Below are positions 9,132 to 16,436 of a DNA stretch of 19,688 bases, in pieces. Numbering within the stretch: the first letter of the stretch is position 1; every line of letters starts with the position of its first letter. The position numbers and the translations under genes are program-made. The DNA lies in the NCBI GenBank assembly GCA_964631535.1, contig CAZVZS010000040.1, positions 1,435-21,122 of the forward strand. Direction: 5' to 3'. The DNA comes from an uncultured Leptospiraceae bacterium. GTDB lineage: Bacteria > Spirochaetota > Leptospiria > Leptospirales > Leptonemataceae. The notes under the pieces are model-generated. The model searched no databases, was not told the origin of the DNA, and saw nothing but the letters and a program-made list of their open reading frames with translations.

Positions 9132-9192
9132 GCGGCGAATTGCGGTGTTGATTATCCCTCATTCCTGGTAGCGATCCTTTTTGGAAAGGATT

Positions 9193-9516
9193 ATGAACCT
9201 CAGCGCTCAAAAAACAGGAACCACTCTGCGGCTGAAAATCTCCGAACCCCGGATCGAAGGGGATAATAGCCTCGTGAGTTTTTTGAACGCCGGAAAATAT
9301 ATTTCCTCCGATCTGGAGGTCCTGGAACTGGACCTGGCGGATGTGGAATACATCAACTCCCCCGGCATTTCCGAACTCATCAATTTAAATCGTAATTTGC
9401 AGGAAGCAACCAACGAACGGGCCCGGATGGTGTTTCTTAACGTGGACCAGCGAGTGAATTCGATCCTTGAACTGGTGGAAGTCACCAAAATCGCCGAAAT
9501 CCACGTAAAGGACTGA
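9193..9516 (+). CDS. STAS-domain anti-sigma-factor antagonist (SpoIIAA/RsbV family)
   Basis: MNLSAQKTGTTLRLKISEPRIEG...LEVLELDLADVEYINSPGISELINL carries the conserved phosphorylatable Ser in the DL..V.YI.SpG motif. The start is set at ATG 9193, with SD AAGGA about 4 nt upstream. The track ORF begins at TTG 9181. Confidence 0.8.
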   Translation: MNLSAQKTGTTLRLKISEPRIEGDNSLVSFLNAGKYISSDLEVLELDLADVEYINSPGISELINLNRNLQEATNERARMVFLNVDQRVNSILELVEVTKIAEIHVKD

Positions 9517-9545
9517 AACAGCGCGGGCCCGGTCGAGAGCCGCGC

Positions 9546-10427
9546 ATGGTTTGTGCCAGACAGATATCGCCTCCGCCACCATCCACGGAATTGAATTTCC
9601 GGGGTGCGGGGCGAGCTGTAACCTGGGTCTTTCCGCTTTTCTGCCTGGTCTGGCTGAACGCCTGCGCCAGCGCCCCCGGACGGGTTCCCTGGGAAGACAA
9701 CCTCTGCCTGGCCACGCGGGAGGCGGATTTTTACGCCGAACCGGAGATCAGCCAGGCCGAGTGCGAGGAAGTTTCGGAACGCTACCGCGGTCTGGAGCAG
9801 CGCCTGCTTTCCCAGTTTTTCCCCGCCTACAATCCCGAAAAGCGGCGCCTTTCGATCGTGCTCTACCGGGATTACGCGTCGTACAACCGCTACCGGGTCA
9901 TCCCGATCAAATCCCTGGCCGATTACAACCGGGTCACGCATACCATTCATATTCCCATGGCCGCCCCGGCCTTCGTCTGGCGCCACGAAACCACCCACGC
10001 CTTGCTCGAATCCCTGCGGCCCAATACCCCGTACTGGCTGCATGAGGGCCTGGCCCTGTTCGTCCAGAACCAGAACCTGCCGGCCCCGCTCGTTTGCGAT
10101 GGTAACACCCTGGCCAGTATGCCCGTGGAACTGGAACATTTTATCGAGGATTTGCGCACAAAACCCTTACTGGTGCCGGGAACCCAGGAAACCTTTCAAC
10201 TGAACGAAAAAAAGGCCGGTATTTCCCTGGGGCTTTCCGGTTATTTTATTTTTTATATCTGGGAACGCCGGCAGTTGAAGCGTATGCTGGAAATTTATCA
10301 GACCACCGACCAGGACCCTGATTTTATTTTGACCGGCGCCGACCCCGAACTCCGGGCCTTTCTGCACGAGGATTTTATTCGCTGGATTCGGACTTCCCTG
10401 CCGACGGCCCCCCGGCCTGGCTGCTGA
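9546..10427 (+). CDS. Putative lipoprotein with zinc-metallopeptidase-like HExxH and HEGxA motifs (DUF1570-like, recalled from memory)
   Basis: Signal sequence plus lipobox ...VTWVFPLFCLVWLNAC. HETTHALLESLRPNTPYWLHEGLALF carries HExxH followed by HEGxA. An alternative TTG start at ~9591 would give a cleaner signal peptide. Confidence 0.6.
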   Translation: MVCARQISPPPPSTELNFRGAGRAVTWVFPLFCLVWLNACASAPGRVPWEDNLCLATREADFYAEPEISQAECEEVSERYRGLEQRLLSQFFPAYNPEKRRLSIVLYRDYASYNRYRVIPIKSLADYNRVTHTIHIPMAAPAFVWRHETTHALLESLRPNTPYWLHEGLALFVQNQNLPAPLVCDGNTLASMPVELEHFIEDLRTKPLLVPGTQETFQLNEKKAGISLGLSGYFIFYIWERRQLKRMLEIYQTTDQDPDFILTGADPELRAFLHEDFIRWIRTSLPTAPRPGC

Positions 10428-10452
10428 GGGCCGCGTCCGCTCACCGCTCCGG

Positions 10453-11301
10453 TTGAAAAGGGTCGACAAAATACCAAACCACGCGAAACTCCGTTTTAAA
10501 ATCCAACGCCCGCGGTCTGGCCTGGACCGCGCCCGGACCTTCCTCGTGCCCGAATTCAACGAATCCGAATCTGAACTGCGCGCCCTCCTTGAAAAAACCG
10601 TGGGTTCGCAGGGCGACGCGCTCCGCTTCGAAACATTCCGTTTCAGCCCGCGTTTCGACGCGTGCCTGAAACTGAGCGCCGAACTGCTGGCCGCGCGGAT
10701 CGGCGCCGGAGATCTCACGGAAACTCTGGTAGCCGTTCTGCGCTTGATGGCCCTGAACGCATTGCGCGCGAATGTAAAGGAAGTTGTTTTTCGCGAAAAT
10801 GGTTTCGACAGCGCGAACCCGGACCAGTACCGGACCGGCCTCAGCGCGTTCCGCATCGCTCTGACGGCCGGCCACGCCGGGTATTTCGAATCCTTCGTCC
10901 CGCGCTTCAAAGAATTGAAAATGCCGATTGAACTGGGAGTCGCCCTGGAGCCGGGGCGCGTGGTCGTGGAAGCGTTGAATCATTTTACGCTCCAGAAAAA
11001 CGACCTCATGAGCATCCAGAAAAAACTCGAACGCGCGAACGGCGGACAGGCGATGTTTCAATTTTTTGAGGAAGCGGAAACTGACCCCACCAGCCAGGCC
11101 GCCATCGCGCGCGCGGTACGGGCGCTGGACGAAAAAAAATTGCGGGCACGGATGACGGTCCAGAGTGACCGCGACAACGGCACGACCTCGGCCATCTTAA
11201 TTCTGGTGCGACCGGACGTCCCGGCCGATCAGGCCGGCAAGGCGCTGGAAAACTTCCAGTTACCCCTGGCCGGACCCAGGCGGATTCGGCTGGAAGATTA
11301 G
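10453..11301 (+). CDS. Hypothetical protein with no recognisable motif. The start is uncertain: TTG 10453, or GTG ~10543 at ...VPEFNESESELRALLEK
   Basis: Third-position GC and codon choice match neighbouring genes, and the gene ends at a strong bidirectional terminator. The two minus-strand ORFs that overlap it are compositionally poorer. Confidence 0.5.
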   Translation: MKRVDKIPNHAKLRFKIQRPRSGLDRARTFLVPEFNESESELRALLEKTVGSQGDALRFETFRFSPRFDACLKLSAELLAARIGAGDLTETLVAVLRLMALNALRANVKEVVFRENGFDSANPDQYRTGLSAFRIALTAGHAGYFESFVPRFKELKMPIELGVALEPGRVVVEALNHFTLQKNDLMSIQKKLERANGGQAMFQFFEEAETDPTSQAAIARAVRALDEKKLRARMTVQSDRDNGTTSAILILVRPDVPADQAGKALENFQLPLAGPRRIRLED

Positions 11302-11416
11302 CCCGGATTATGCATGAAACGAAAATATGGTGCCACTTAGAGATGAAGAAAACCGCCTTGAAAGGCGGTTTTCGTTGAGCGCAAAAATTCGGGGAGAATT
11401 TCGTGCATAATCCGGG
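11302..11416. repeat. Palindromic intergenic element, copy A. The 18-bp terminal inverted repeats are cccggattatgcatgaaa (11302-11319) and tttcgtgcataatccggg (11399-11416). The element carries the terminator hairpin.
   Basis: The inverted repeats match at 17 of 18 positions, and the single mismatch would be a G-U pair in RNA. The element starts on the first base after the TAG stop. The 5' box is repeated at 19540. Confidence 0.6.
11348..11376. terminator. Bidirectional rho-independent terminator (gaaaaccgcc ttgaaa ggcggttttc) between convergent genes
   Basis: A 9-bp stem with a GC core is flanked by an A-run and a T-run, so it is U-tailed on either strand. Confidence 0.7.
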
Positions 11417-11443
11417 TTAGGAGCCGACTCCGGAAAGAAGTTC

Positions 11444-11469
11444 GGGCTGGCGAAAACCGCCAGCCCGAT
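11444..11469 (-). terminator. GC hairpin (gggctggcg aaaac cgccagccc) 25 nt downstream of the stop of the small membrane-protein gene
   Basis: A perfect 9-bp GC stem. The U-tail on the minus strand is weak (aacttcttt). Confidence 0.35.
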
Positions 11470-11493
11470 TGCGAAAAACAATCCGGAATATTT

Positions 11494-11832
11494 TTACTGC
11501 CCTTGCGGAGCCATGTCGCCCTGTCCGGACGGCATTTCCATTCCTTCCGGCATCGCGGGGGGGCCTTCCATTTCGCTCATCGCGCTTTTCGCGGCGAAGG
11601 CGGTCAGGATAAAGGAAACAATGTACAGGCCGATTCCGCCAATGAGAACCTTGGGCCAGATACCCGGGTTTTCCATTTTTTTGAAAGCGTAGTACAGAAC
11701 ATAAAACGGTACGAAGAGTACCAGCAGTCCCTGCACCGCGCTTTCCTTGAAAGCGGCGATCAAAATAACAATGGAAGCTACGAGGACGCAAATTCCTCCC
11801 GCTGCCATCAGAATTCCAGCAATGATGCCCAT
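11494..11832 (-). CDS. Small membrane protein (2-3 TM helices) with a Met/Pro/Glu/Gly-rich C-terminal tail
   Basis: MGIIAGILMAAGGICVLVASIVILIAAF...IGGIGLYIVSFILTAFAA, then ...MSEMEGPPAMPEGMEMPSGQGDMAPQGQ. SD GAGGTG lies 6 nt upstream of the ATG. Confidence 0.6.
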   Translation of the reverse strand: MGIIAGILMAAGGICVLVASIVILIAAFKESAVQGLLVLFVPFYVLYYAFKKMENPGIWPKVLIGGIGLYIVSFILTAFAAKSAMSEMEGPPAMPEGMEMPSGQGDMAPQGQ

Positions 11833-11942
11833 TTTTTCACCTCATTTTTTTTGCGGGGTTAAACCCCGCGTGGGGGCGACCCTGCCACCCGGGTCGGAAA
11901 AAGACAATCGAAATCAGAGGGGCGCCTAAAGGTTTCCGGTGA

Positions 11943-13214
11943 TTGGCCGAAAACAAAAGGGTGAGCGGAAAATTATTTCTCACCCTTTTAATCCTTGCGA
12001 CCGGGGGGGCCATGGAAATCAAGGCCCGGGAACAGCTCCCCGAACGCCCGCCCGAAAACATCGGCGCGCCGGTCAACACACCGGGCGATGAGTTTTCCCC
12101 AACCGTTACCGAAGACGGAACGCTCATGATTTTCAACGCGAAACGCGGTACGGAACGTTACCAGAATTTGTATTTCGCCCAACGCAGCGCGACCGGCTGG
12201 TCCGAGCCCAGGCCGCTACCCCAGGTAAATTCCGCGTACAACGACGAGGCCCCGTTCCTGACCCCGGACGGGAAGTTATTATTTTTTTCGTCCGACCGCG
12301 ACGGCAGCGCGGAAATGCCAAAGGACGCGCAGGGTCGCATCCGCGTTTCCTTTGACCTCTATATGAGTTCGTTCGAAAACGGAGCCTGGACCGCGCCCCG
12401 GCGCCTGGACGGACCGCTCAATTCAATACACCACGAACGTTCGCCCACTTTCGATGTGGAAACACGGACCCTGTACTTCGCGCGCTGGCAATTCGGCGAT
12501 CCCTCCGGCTCGACGCTCTACGCCGCGAAGTTCACGGAGAAAGGTTTCGAGCCGCCGGTCGCTCTGCCGGCCAGTATCAATTCGGGCAACCGCGAGGCGG
12601 CCTTCGTGCCCCAGGGCGGCGGGCTGTTTCATTTCGCGTCGACGCGACCGGGTGGACGCGGGGGATTCGATATCTACGCGGTCGAGCAGGGCGAGTCCGG
12701 CGCCTTCGGAGAAGTACGCGGCGCGGGTGAAGTCGTCAATTCGGAAGGTGATGATATCTATTTTTCACGGCGCGGCGGACTCTTTTACCTATGTTCCAAT
12801 CGCGCGGACAGCGCGGGGCGCTACGATATCTACGGCAAAAGCGCGGTGCTTTTCGAAAAAACCGCCCGCGGCGACGTGTTCACGACACGTTCGGTTCACT
12901 TCGATCACGACAGCGCCGTACTGCGCCCCGAGTCGCACGCGATCCTGGATGAACTGGCCGGGTATCTGAACGCGCACGCGGATTTAAAACTGGAAATCAC
13001 GGGGCATACGGATTTGCACGGCACGGCCGAATACAACCAGGACCTTTCGCTGCGGCGCGCCGGGGCCGTTCGGGATTACCTCGTGAGCCGCAAACAACTC
13101 GCCCCCGGCCGGTTCACGGTACGCGGAGCGGGTTTTAGCGAACCGGTGGTGGCGCGCAAGGGCGCGGGATTTGACGAACGCAATCGACGCACGGAATTTC
13201 GCATCCTCAATTGA
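11943..13214 (+). CDS. OmpA-family protein with N-terminal TolB-like PD40 (WD40-like) beta-propeller repeats
   Basis: The C-terminus VHFDHDSAVLRPESHAILDELAGYLNAHADLKLEITGHTDLHGTAEYNQDLSLRRAGAVRDYL...RNRRTEFRIL is a canonical OmpA_C domain. Upstream are repeated ...FSPTVTEDGTLMIF..., APFLTPDGKLLFFSSDRDG, GGFDIY, GRYDIY units. There is a signal peptide. The start is TTG 11943 or GTG 11961. Confidence 0.8.
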   Translation: MAENKRVSGKLFLTLLILATGGAMEIKAREQLPERPPENIGAPVNTPGDEFSPTVTEDGTLMIFNAKRGTERYQNLYFAQRSATGWSEPRPLPQVNSAYNDEAPFLTPDGKLLFFSSDRDGSAEMPKDAQGRIRVSFDLYMSSFENGAWTAPRRLDGPLNSIHHERSPTFDVETRTLYFARWQFGDPSGSTLYAAKFTEKGFEPPVALPASINSGNREAAFVPQGGGLFHFASTRPGGRGGFDIYAVEQGESGAFGEVRGAGEVVNSEGDDIYFSRRGGLFYLCSNRADSAGRYDIYGKSAVLFEKTARGDVFTTRSVHFDHDSAVLRPESHAILDELAGYLNAHADLKLEITGHTDLHGTAEYNQDLSLRRAGAVRDYLVSRKQLAPGRFTVRGAGFSEPVVARKGAGFDERNRRTEFRILN

Positions 13215-14499
13215 TGCTCGTGCCCAGCTTGATAAAAGAAAAACTGCTGTTGCGCATTTCCTCCAGGTTGACGAGAACCGCGCGCGAAACCGGCTTGCGC
13301 AATTGTTTGACGACCATCTGAAAGGATGAAGGGAATCTGGACGGCTGCAAACCCCAGCCGTCTTCATCCGTGGTGGCCACGTAGTTCAATTCATTGAAAG
13401 AAATTAAAAAGGTGCGGCCCTTCTTCTCCGCGAAATCGTCCTGGCGCACAAAACGCCGCTCGTAGACGACTTCTCCCGCCCGCTTGCCGGTCGCGTCAAA
13501 AACACCCCAGACCGTGCGACTCTGCGGCAATTCCAGTTTCGATTCATCGGATAACTCGGGTGTGGCGAATTTGCCGGTCACAACTTGTTCCTCGCGGAGG
13601 AGGACGAGGTCCACGCCATCGGCCGCCGCGTTAAATCGAATCCGATCCATGCCGGAGCCGGACGCTTCCACCAGAAAACGCCAGCCTTCCGCGTAGTATT
13701 TGGTCTGGCTCGGAAAGATCGGATCGATCACGCGGATGCGCCTGATGCCGCGGCACAGAAGCCTGTAGATATCGGTTCCTCCGGCGATATAAACGATTTC
13801 ATCCCCGGCCCGGTCCCGGTCGGTCAAAGTCTGGAGCGCCCCCTCGTTCCAGTGCTGCCAGCCGACGCCCGAAAGATGATACCACATATTCGCGTAAATC
13901 ATGCGCAAGAGGGGGTTCTCGGCGGGGCTTCCGGTCATGGCCTGACAATCATTATGATGGGCGGGAAAAAAACAGTATTCAAAAAAATTGTTGGCCAGCG
14001 TGAACAGGGCCTGCCGCTGCGGGTCCTCTTCCGGATCCCACAGGAGGGCTTCGAAAAACTCCCGGTATTTGGCGGAGACTTTCTGAAAAGGAGTGCTAAT
14101 TTCGCTTTTATTGACCGCAAGGGTAGAAAAACCGCTTTTTTTGAGATGCGTAAGCAGACCCTCCGGGTCATTCAATTCGGCCACCAGAGGAGCAAGACGC
14201 TCCCGGAGCCCCTTTGCGTCCCCGGGACTGAGCGACCCGAAGCCCGCTGGAATTTTTAGAAAGGCGGCCTGCCCGCGCAAGGAATCCGGAAACAGCCGGC
14301 GGAAATGTCGCAGAAAATCGTCGTCCAGGGTCCGGTATTTTTCGAGGTCAACTTCCGCGAATACTCGCTGGCCGGTACGCCATTTGGCGAAAACAGCGGC
14401 GGCCTCCCGTGTTTCACCCGCGAGGGAAACAGCCGGAAACAGGAGTAAAAAGCCGGTAAAAATACGAAAGGGATCCCCAAAACGACGCGCCGCGGTCAT
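13207..14499 (-). CDS. Secreted hypothetical protein (431 aa) with a T-ending-rich codon bias
   Basis: An in-frame ATG at 14497-14499 gives the signal peptide MTAARRFGDPFRIFTGFLLLFPAVSLAGE. The 159 codons upstream in the track ORF (to 14976) have no protein-like character and run into the cyclase gene region. The stop overlaps the ompA-like stop by 8 nt. Confidence 0.55.
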   Translation of the reverse strand: MTAARRFGDPFRIFTGFLLLFPAVSLAGETREAAAVFAKWRTGQRVFAEVDLEKYRTLDDDFLRHFRRLFPDSLRGQAAFLKIPAGFGSLSPGDAKGLRERLAPLVAELNDPEGLLTHLKKSGFSTLAVNKSEISTPFQKVSAKYREFFEALLWDPEEDPQRQALFTLANNFFEYCFFPAHHNDCQAMTGSPAENPLLRMIYANMWYHLSGVGWQHWNEGALQTLTDRDRAGDEIVYIAGGTDIYRLLCRGIRRIRVIDPIFPSQTKYYAEGWRFLVEASGSGMDRIRFNAAADGVDLVLLREEQVVTGKFATPELSDESKLELPQSRTVWGVFDATGKRAGEVVYERRFVRQDDFAEKKGRTFLISFNELNYVATTDEDGWGLQPSRFPSSFQMVVKQLRKPVSRAVLVNLEEMRNSSFSFIKLGTSIN

Positions 14500-14754
14500 A
14501 GACCAGGCTTGCAACACGGCCTCCGCGTGTCCACAGTTCCCCGCGGCCTCCAGAGGGGTCAAAGGTCCGAAATTCGGGCGTTCCCCGGGCAGCCCGGGCG
14601 CTTTTCGGGTGCCATGATGCGGCCGGAAGGGATCGGACCCGGGAGTTTCCGAAAAAAGATTTGACTGCCCCTTAAAATAGTTCAGGATGGAAGCGGGGCC
14701 CCCGCGGCAATTCTTACGTAGTTTATAAGAGTTGATCGTCCGGGTCCATTTTGC

Positions 14755-15822
14755 ATGGGCCAGATCGAAGCAGTATTCCGGTCTCTGGGCGCTGGCGTGA
14801 TGGTGTTCCGCCCGGACGGAAAACTGGAATCGATTTCGCCCGCCCTGCTGGACCGTCTTGGGTACGACCGTTCCAGTGCCGCGGCCGCTCTCACCCCGGA
14901 CGCGGTCTTTGAAGGGGAAGCCTACCGCGATATTTTCGAAGAAAACGGCGGCCGAATTCGGCGGGGCCGTTTTCAAAACTACCGGGCGTACCTCCGTACT
15001 TATAAAGGCGACATTTTACTCTTTCAAATCGGCGGGTACTGCGACGAAGCCGGCCGCCTCTGCTTTTTCGTACAGGAACTGGACCTGCCGCAAGATCTGC
15101 TCATCGACACCGGGCCCTTCGTTGAGAATGTCAGGGCCTTCCAGGTCATGCGTCGTTACGTATCACCCCAGGTCATGGGCGGCATCCGGCAGGCCATCCG
15201 CATGGGACGCGAAACGATTCCCGACGAGGACCGGGTCCTGACGTACCTCTTCGCGGACATGGTTGCCTTCACGGCCCTCGCCGAACGCATCGGCTCCAAG
15301 GAAATCGTGGAGTTGCTCAATCTTTCGATCGGCGCCAACTCGTCCACCGTGCTGCACTGGGGCGGCTATATCGATAAGATCATGGGTGATTCGATCTTCG
15401 CCGTATTTGAGGAACCCCTGAACGCGATCATCGCCGCCGTGGAAATCCAGAAACAATTCAACATCCTCAATTTTTTTCGACTCAAGGAAGGCCAGGATTC
15501 CGTTGAGTTGCGCGTGGGTCTGCACACCGGCCCCTGCACGATCGCAAGCATTGGCACGCTGGAGTTCATGGAACTCACGTACATTGGTGACGCGGTGAAT
15601 ACCGCATCACGCATTGAAAGCGCGGCCCTGCCCGGCACGATCCTCGCATCCAGCGTCACGGTGGCGATGGTGCGGGATCATCTGACGCTCGGCGACGAAG
15701 TCGAACTGAAAGTCAAAGGCAAAACCGAACTTTTACACGCCCACTACGTCAAACGCGTGACCTTCGATCGCGGCAACGGCAAACAAATTTCGATCGGCAC
15801 GGACGACGACATTTTCGCCTGA
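14755..15822 (+). CDS. Class III adenylyl cyclase with an N-terminal PAS-like sensor region
   Basis: Catalytic-domain motifs: LTYLFADMVAFTALAERIG (metal Asp 1), GGYIDKIMGDSIFAVF (Lys at -4 and metal Asp 2), LRVGLHTGPCTIASIG, TYIGDAVNTASRIES (transition-state Asn and Arg). Confidence 0.85.
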   Translation: MGQIEAVFRSLGAGVMVFRPDGKLESISPALLDRLGYDRSSAAAALTPDAVFEGEAYRDIFEENGGRIRRGRFQNYRAYLRTYKGDILLFQIGGYCDEAGRLCFFVQELDLPQDLLIDTGPFVENVRAFQVMRRYVSPQVMGGIRQAIRMGRETIPDEDRVLTYLFADMVAFTALAERIGSKEIVELLNLSIGANSSTVLHWGGYIDKIMGDSIFAVFEEPLNAIIAAVEIQKQFNILNFFRLKEGQDSVELRVGLHTGPCTIASIGTLEFMELTYIGDAVNTASRIESAALPGTILASSVTVAMVRDHLTLGDEVELKVKGKTELLHAHYVKRVTFDRGNGKQISIGTDDDIFA

Positions 15823-15884
15823 AGTCGGCCGCCGGCCTACCCACCACCGGCTCTTCCAGCCGGATGCGGGCCGCTTTCTTTCCA

Positions 15885-16436
15885 TCAACGTTTTCGCTCA
15901 AAATCGGCGATTTCGCTTTCCAGTTCCTGGATCATTTCCTGGATATGCGGCGGAAGCGAATCAAGTCCTTTCGCGCCGGGGGTTTTGAGCGCGACGTATT
16001 CGAGCATGGCGATTTTATCGCGATTGTAGCGCGCGCGAAAGGAAAAATAGGCTTCGCGCTCGGCTGCGGTCGCCTGATTTTTTTCGATCTTAAAATGTAG
16101 AGATCGCATTTCGCCCAGGCGGCGGTCCCGTGCCGCCAGGCGCGCGCGGTCCGGGTCGGTCGGCAGCGCGGGCAAAAACAGATTGTCCGGCAGGGCTCTG
16201 TGCGTCGCCAGGGAGGCCTGGAGCGACTCGGGCGAAAAATCTTCCGCGCGAACGGGCGCCGTTTCGTCGAACTCAAAAAGTTCCCGGCCCGTTTCGACCG
16301 TTTCAACACCGCCCGGTTCGCCTTCAACGACTGGCTTTTCACCCCCGGCGGGTCGTAACAGGAAGTAAATCGCCACGGCCACCAGACCGGCGCCGATCAA
16401 GAGTACCACCGCTGCGCGTACGCGTTTTCGTCCCAT
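15885..16436 (-). CDS. Single-pass membrane-anchored protein of unknown function
   Basis: N-terminal MGRKRVRAAVVLLIGAGLVAVAIYFLL, then an acidic Pro/Glu-rich stretch and a C-terminal helical region. The start overlaps the upstream GDPD gene by 40 nt, so coupling is possible. Confidence 0.5.
   Translation of the reverse strand: MGRKRVRAAVVLLIGAGLVAVAIYFLLRPAGGEKPVVEGEPGGVETVETGRELFEFDETAPVRAEDFSPESLQASLATHRALPDNLFLPALPTDPDRARLAARDRRLGEMRSLHFKIEKNQATAAEREAYFSFRARYNRDKIAMLEYVALKTPGAKGLDSLPPHIQEMIQELESEIADFERKR

Noticed and set aside
9207-10139. 310-aa minus-strand ORF overlapping the STAS and lipoprotein genes, and similar antisense ORFs (1701..2153, 2038..2643, 5530..6303 +, 10167..10910, 10441..11061, 13585..14259 +, 15163..15525)
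   Set aside because: The opposite-strand genes have clear domain signatures. These are typical high-GC shadow ORFs with R/G/P-rich composition.
10453-11301. The 282-aa protein as the missing RsbW-like anti-sigma kinase
   Set aside because: Only a degenerate N-box-like LMALNALRAN is present. There are no DxGxG or GxGxG ATP-lid motifs, so the GHKL assignment is not supportable.
11302-11416. The TIR-bounded element as an insertion sequence
   Set aside because: It is only 115 bp and has no ORF. A non-autonomous MITE/REP-like element is the most it can be. No transposase is present anywhere in the window.
14671-14700. TTGACT...TAAAAT as a promoter for the cyclase gene
   Set aside because: The spacing between the hexamers is only about 6 nt, which is incompatible with a sigma70 promoter.
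14500-14976. N-terminal 159 codons of track ORF 13207..14976 (-)
   Set aside because: Noise-like composition. They extend across the divergent intergenic region into the cyclase gene. An internal ATG (14497-14499) gives a textbook signal peptide, so the upstream extension is not coding.
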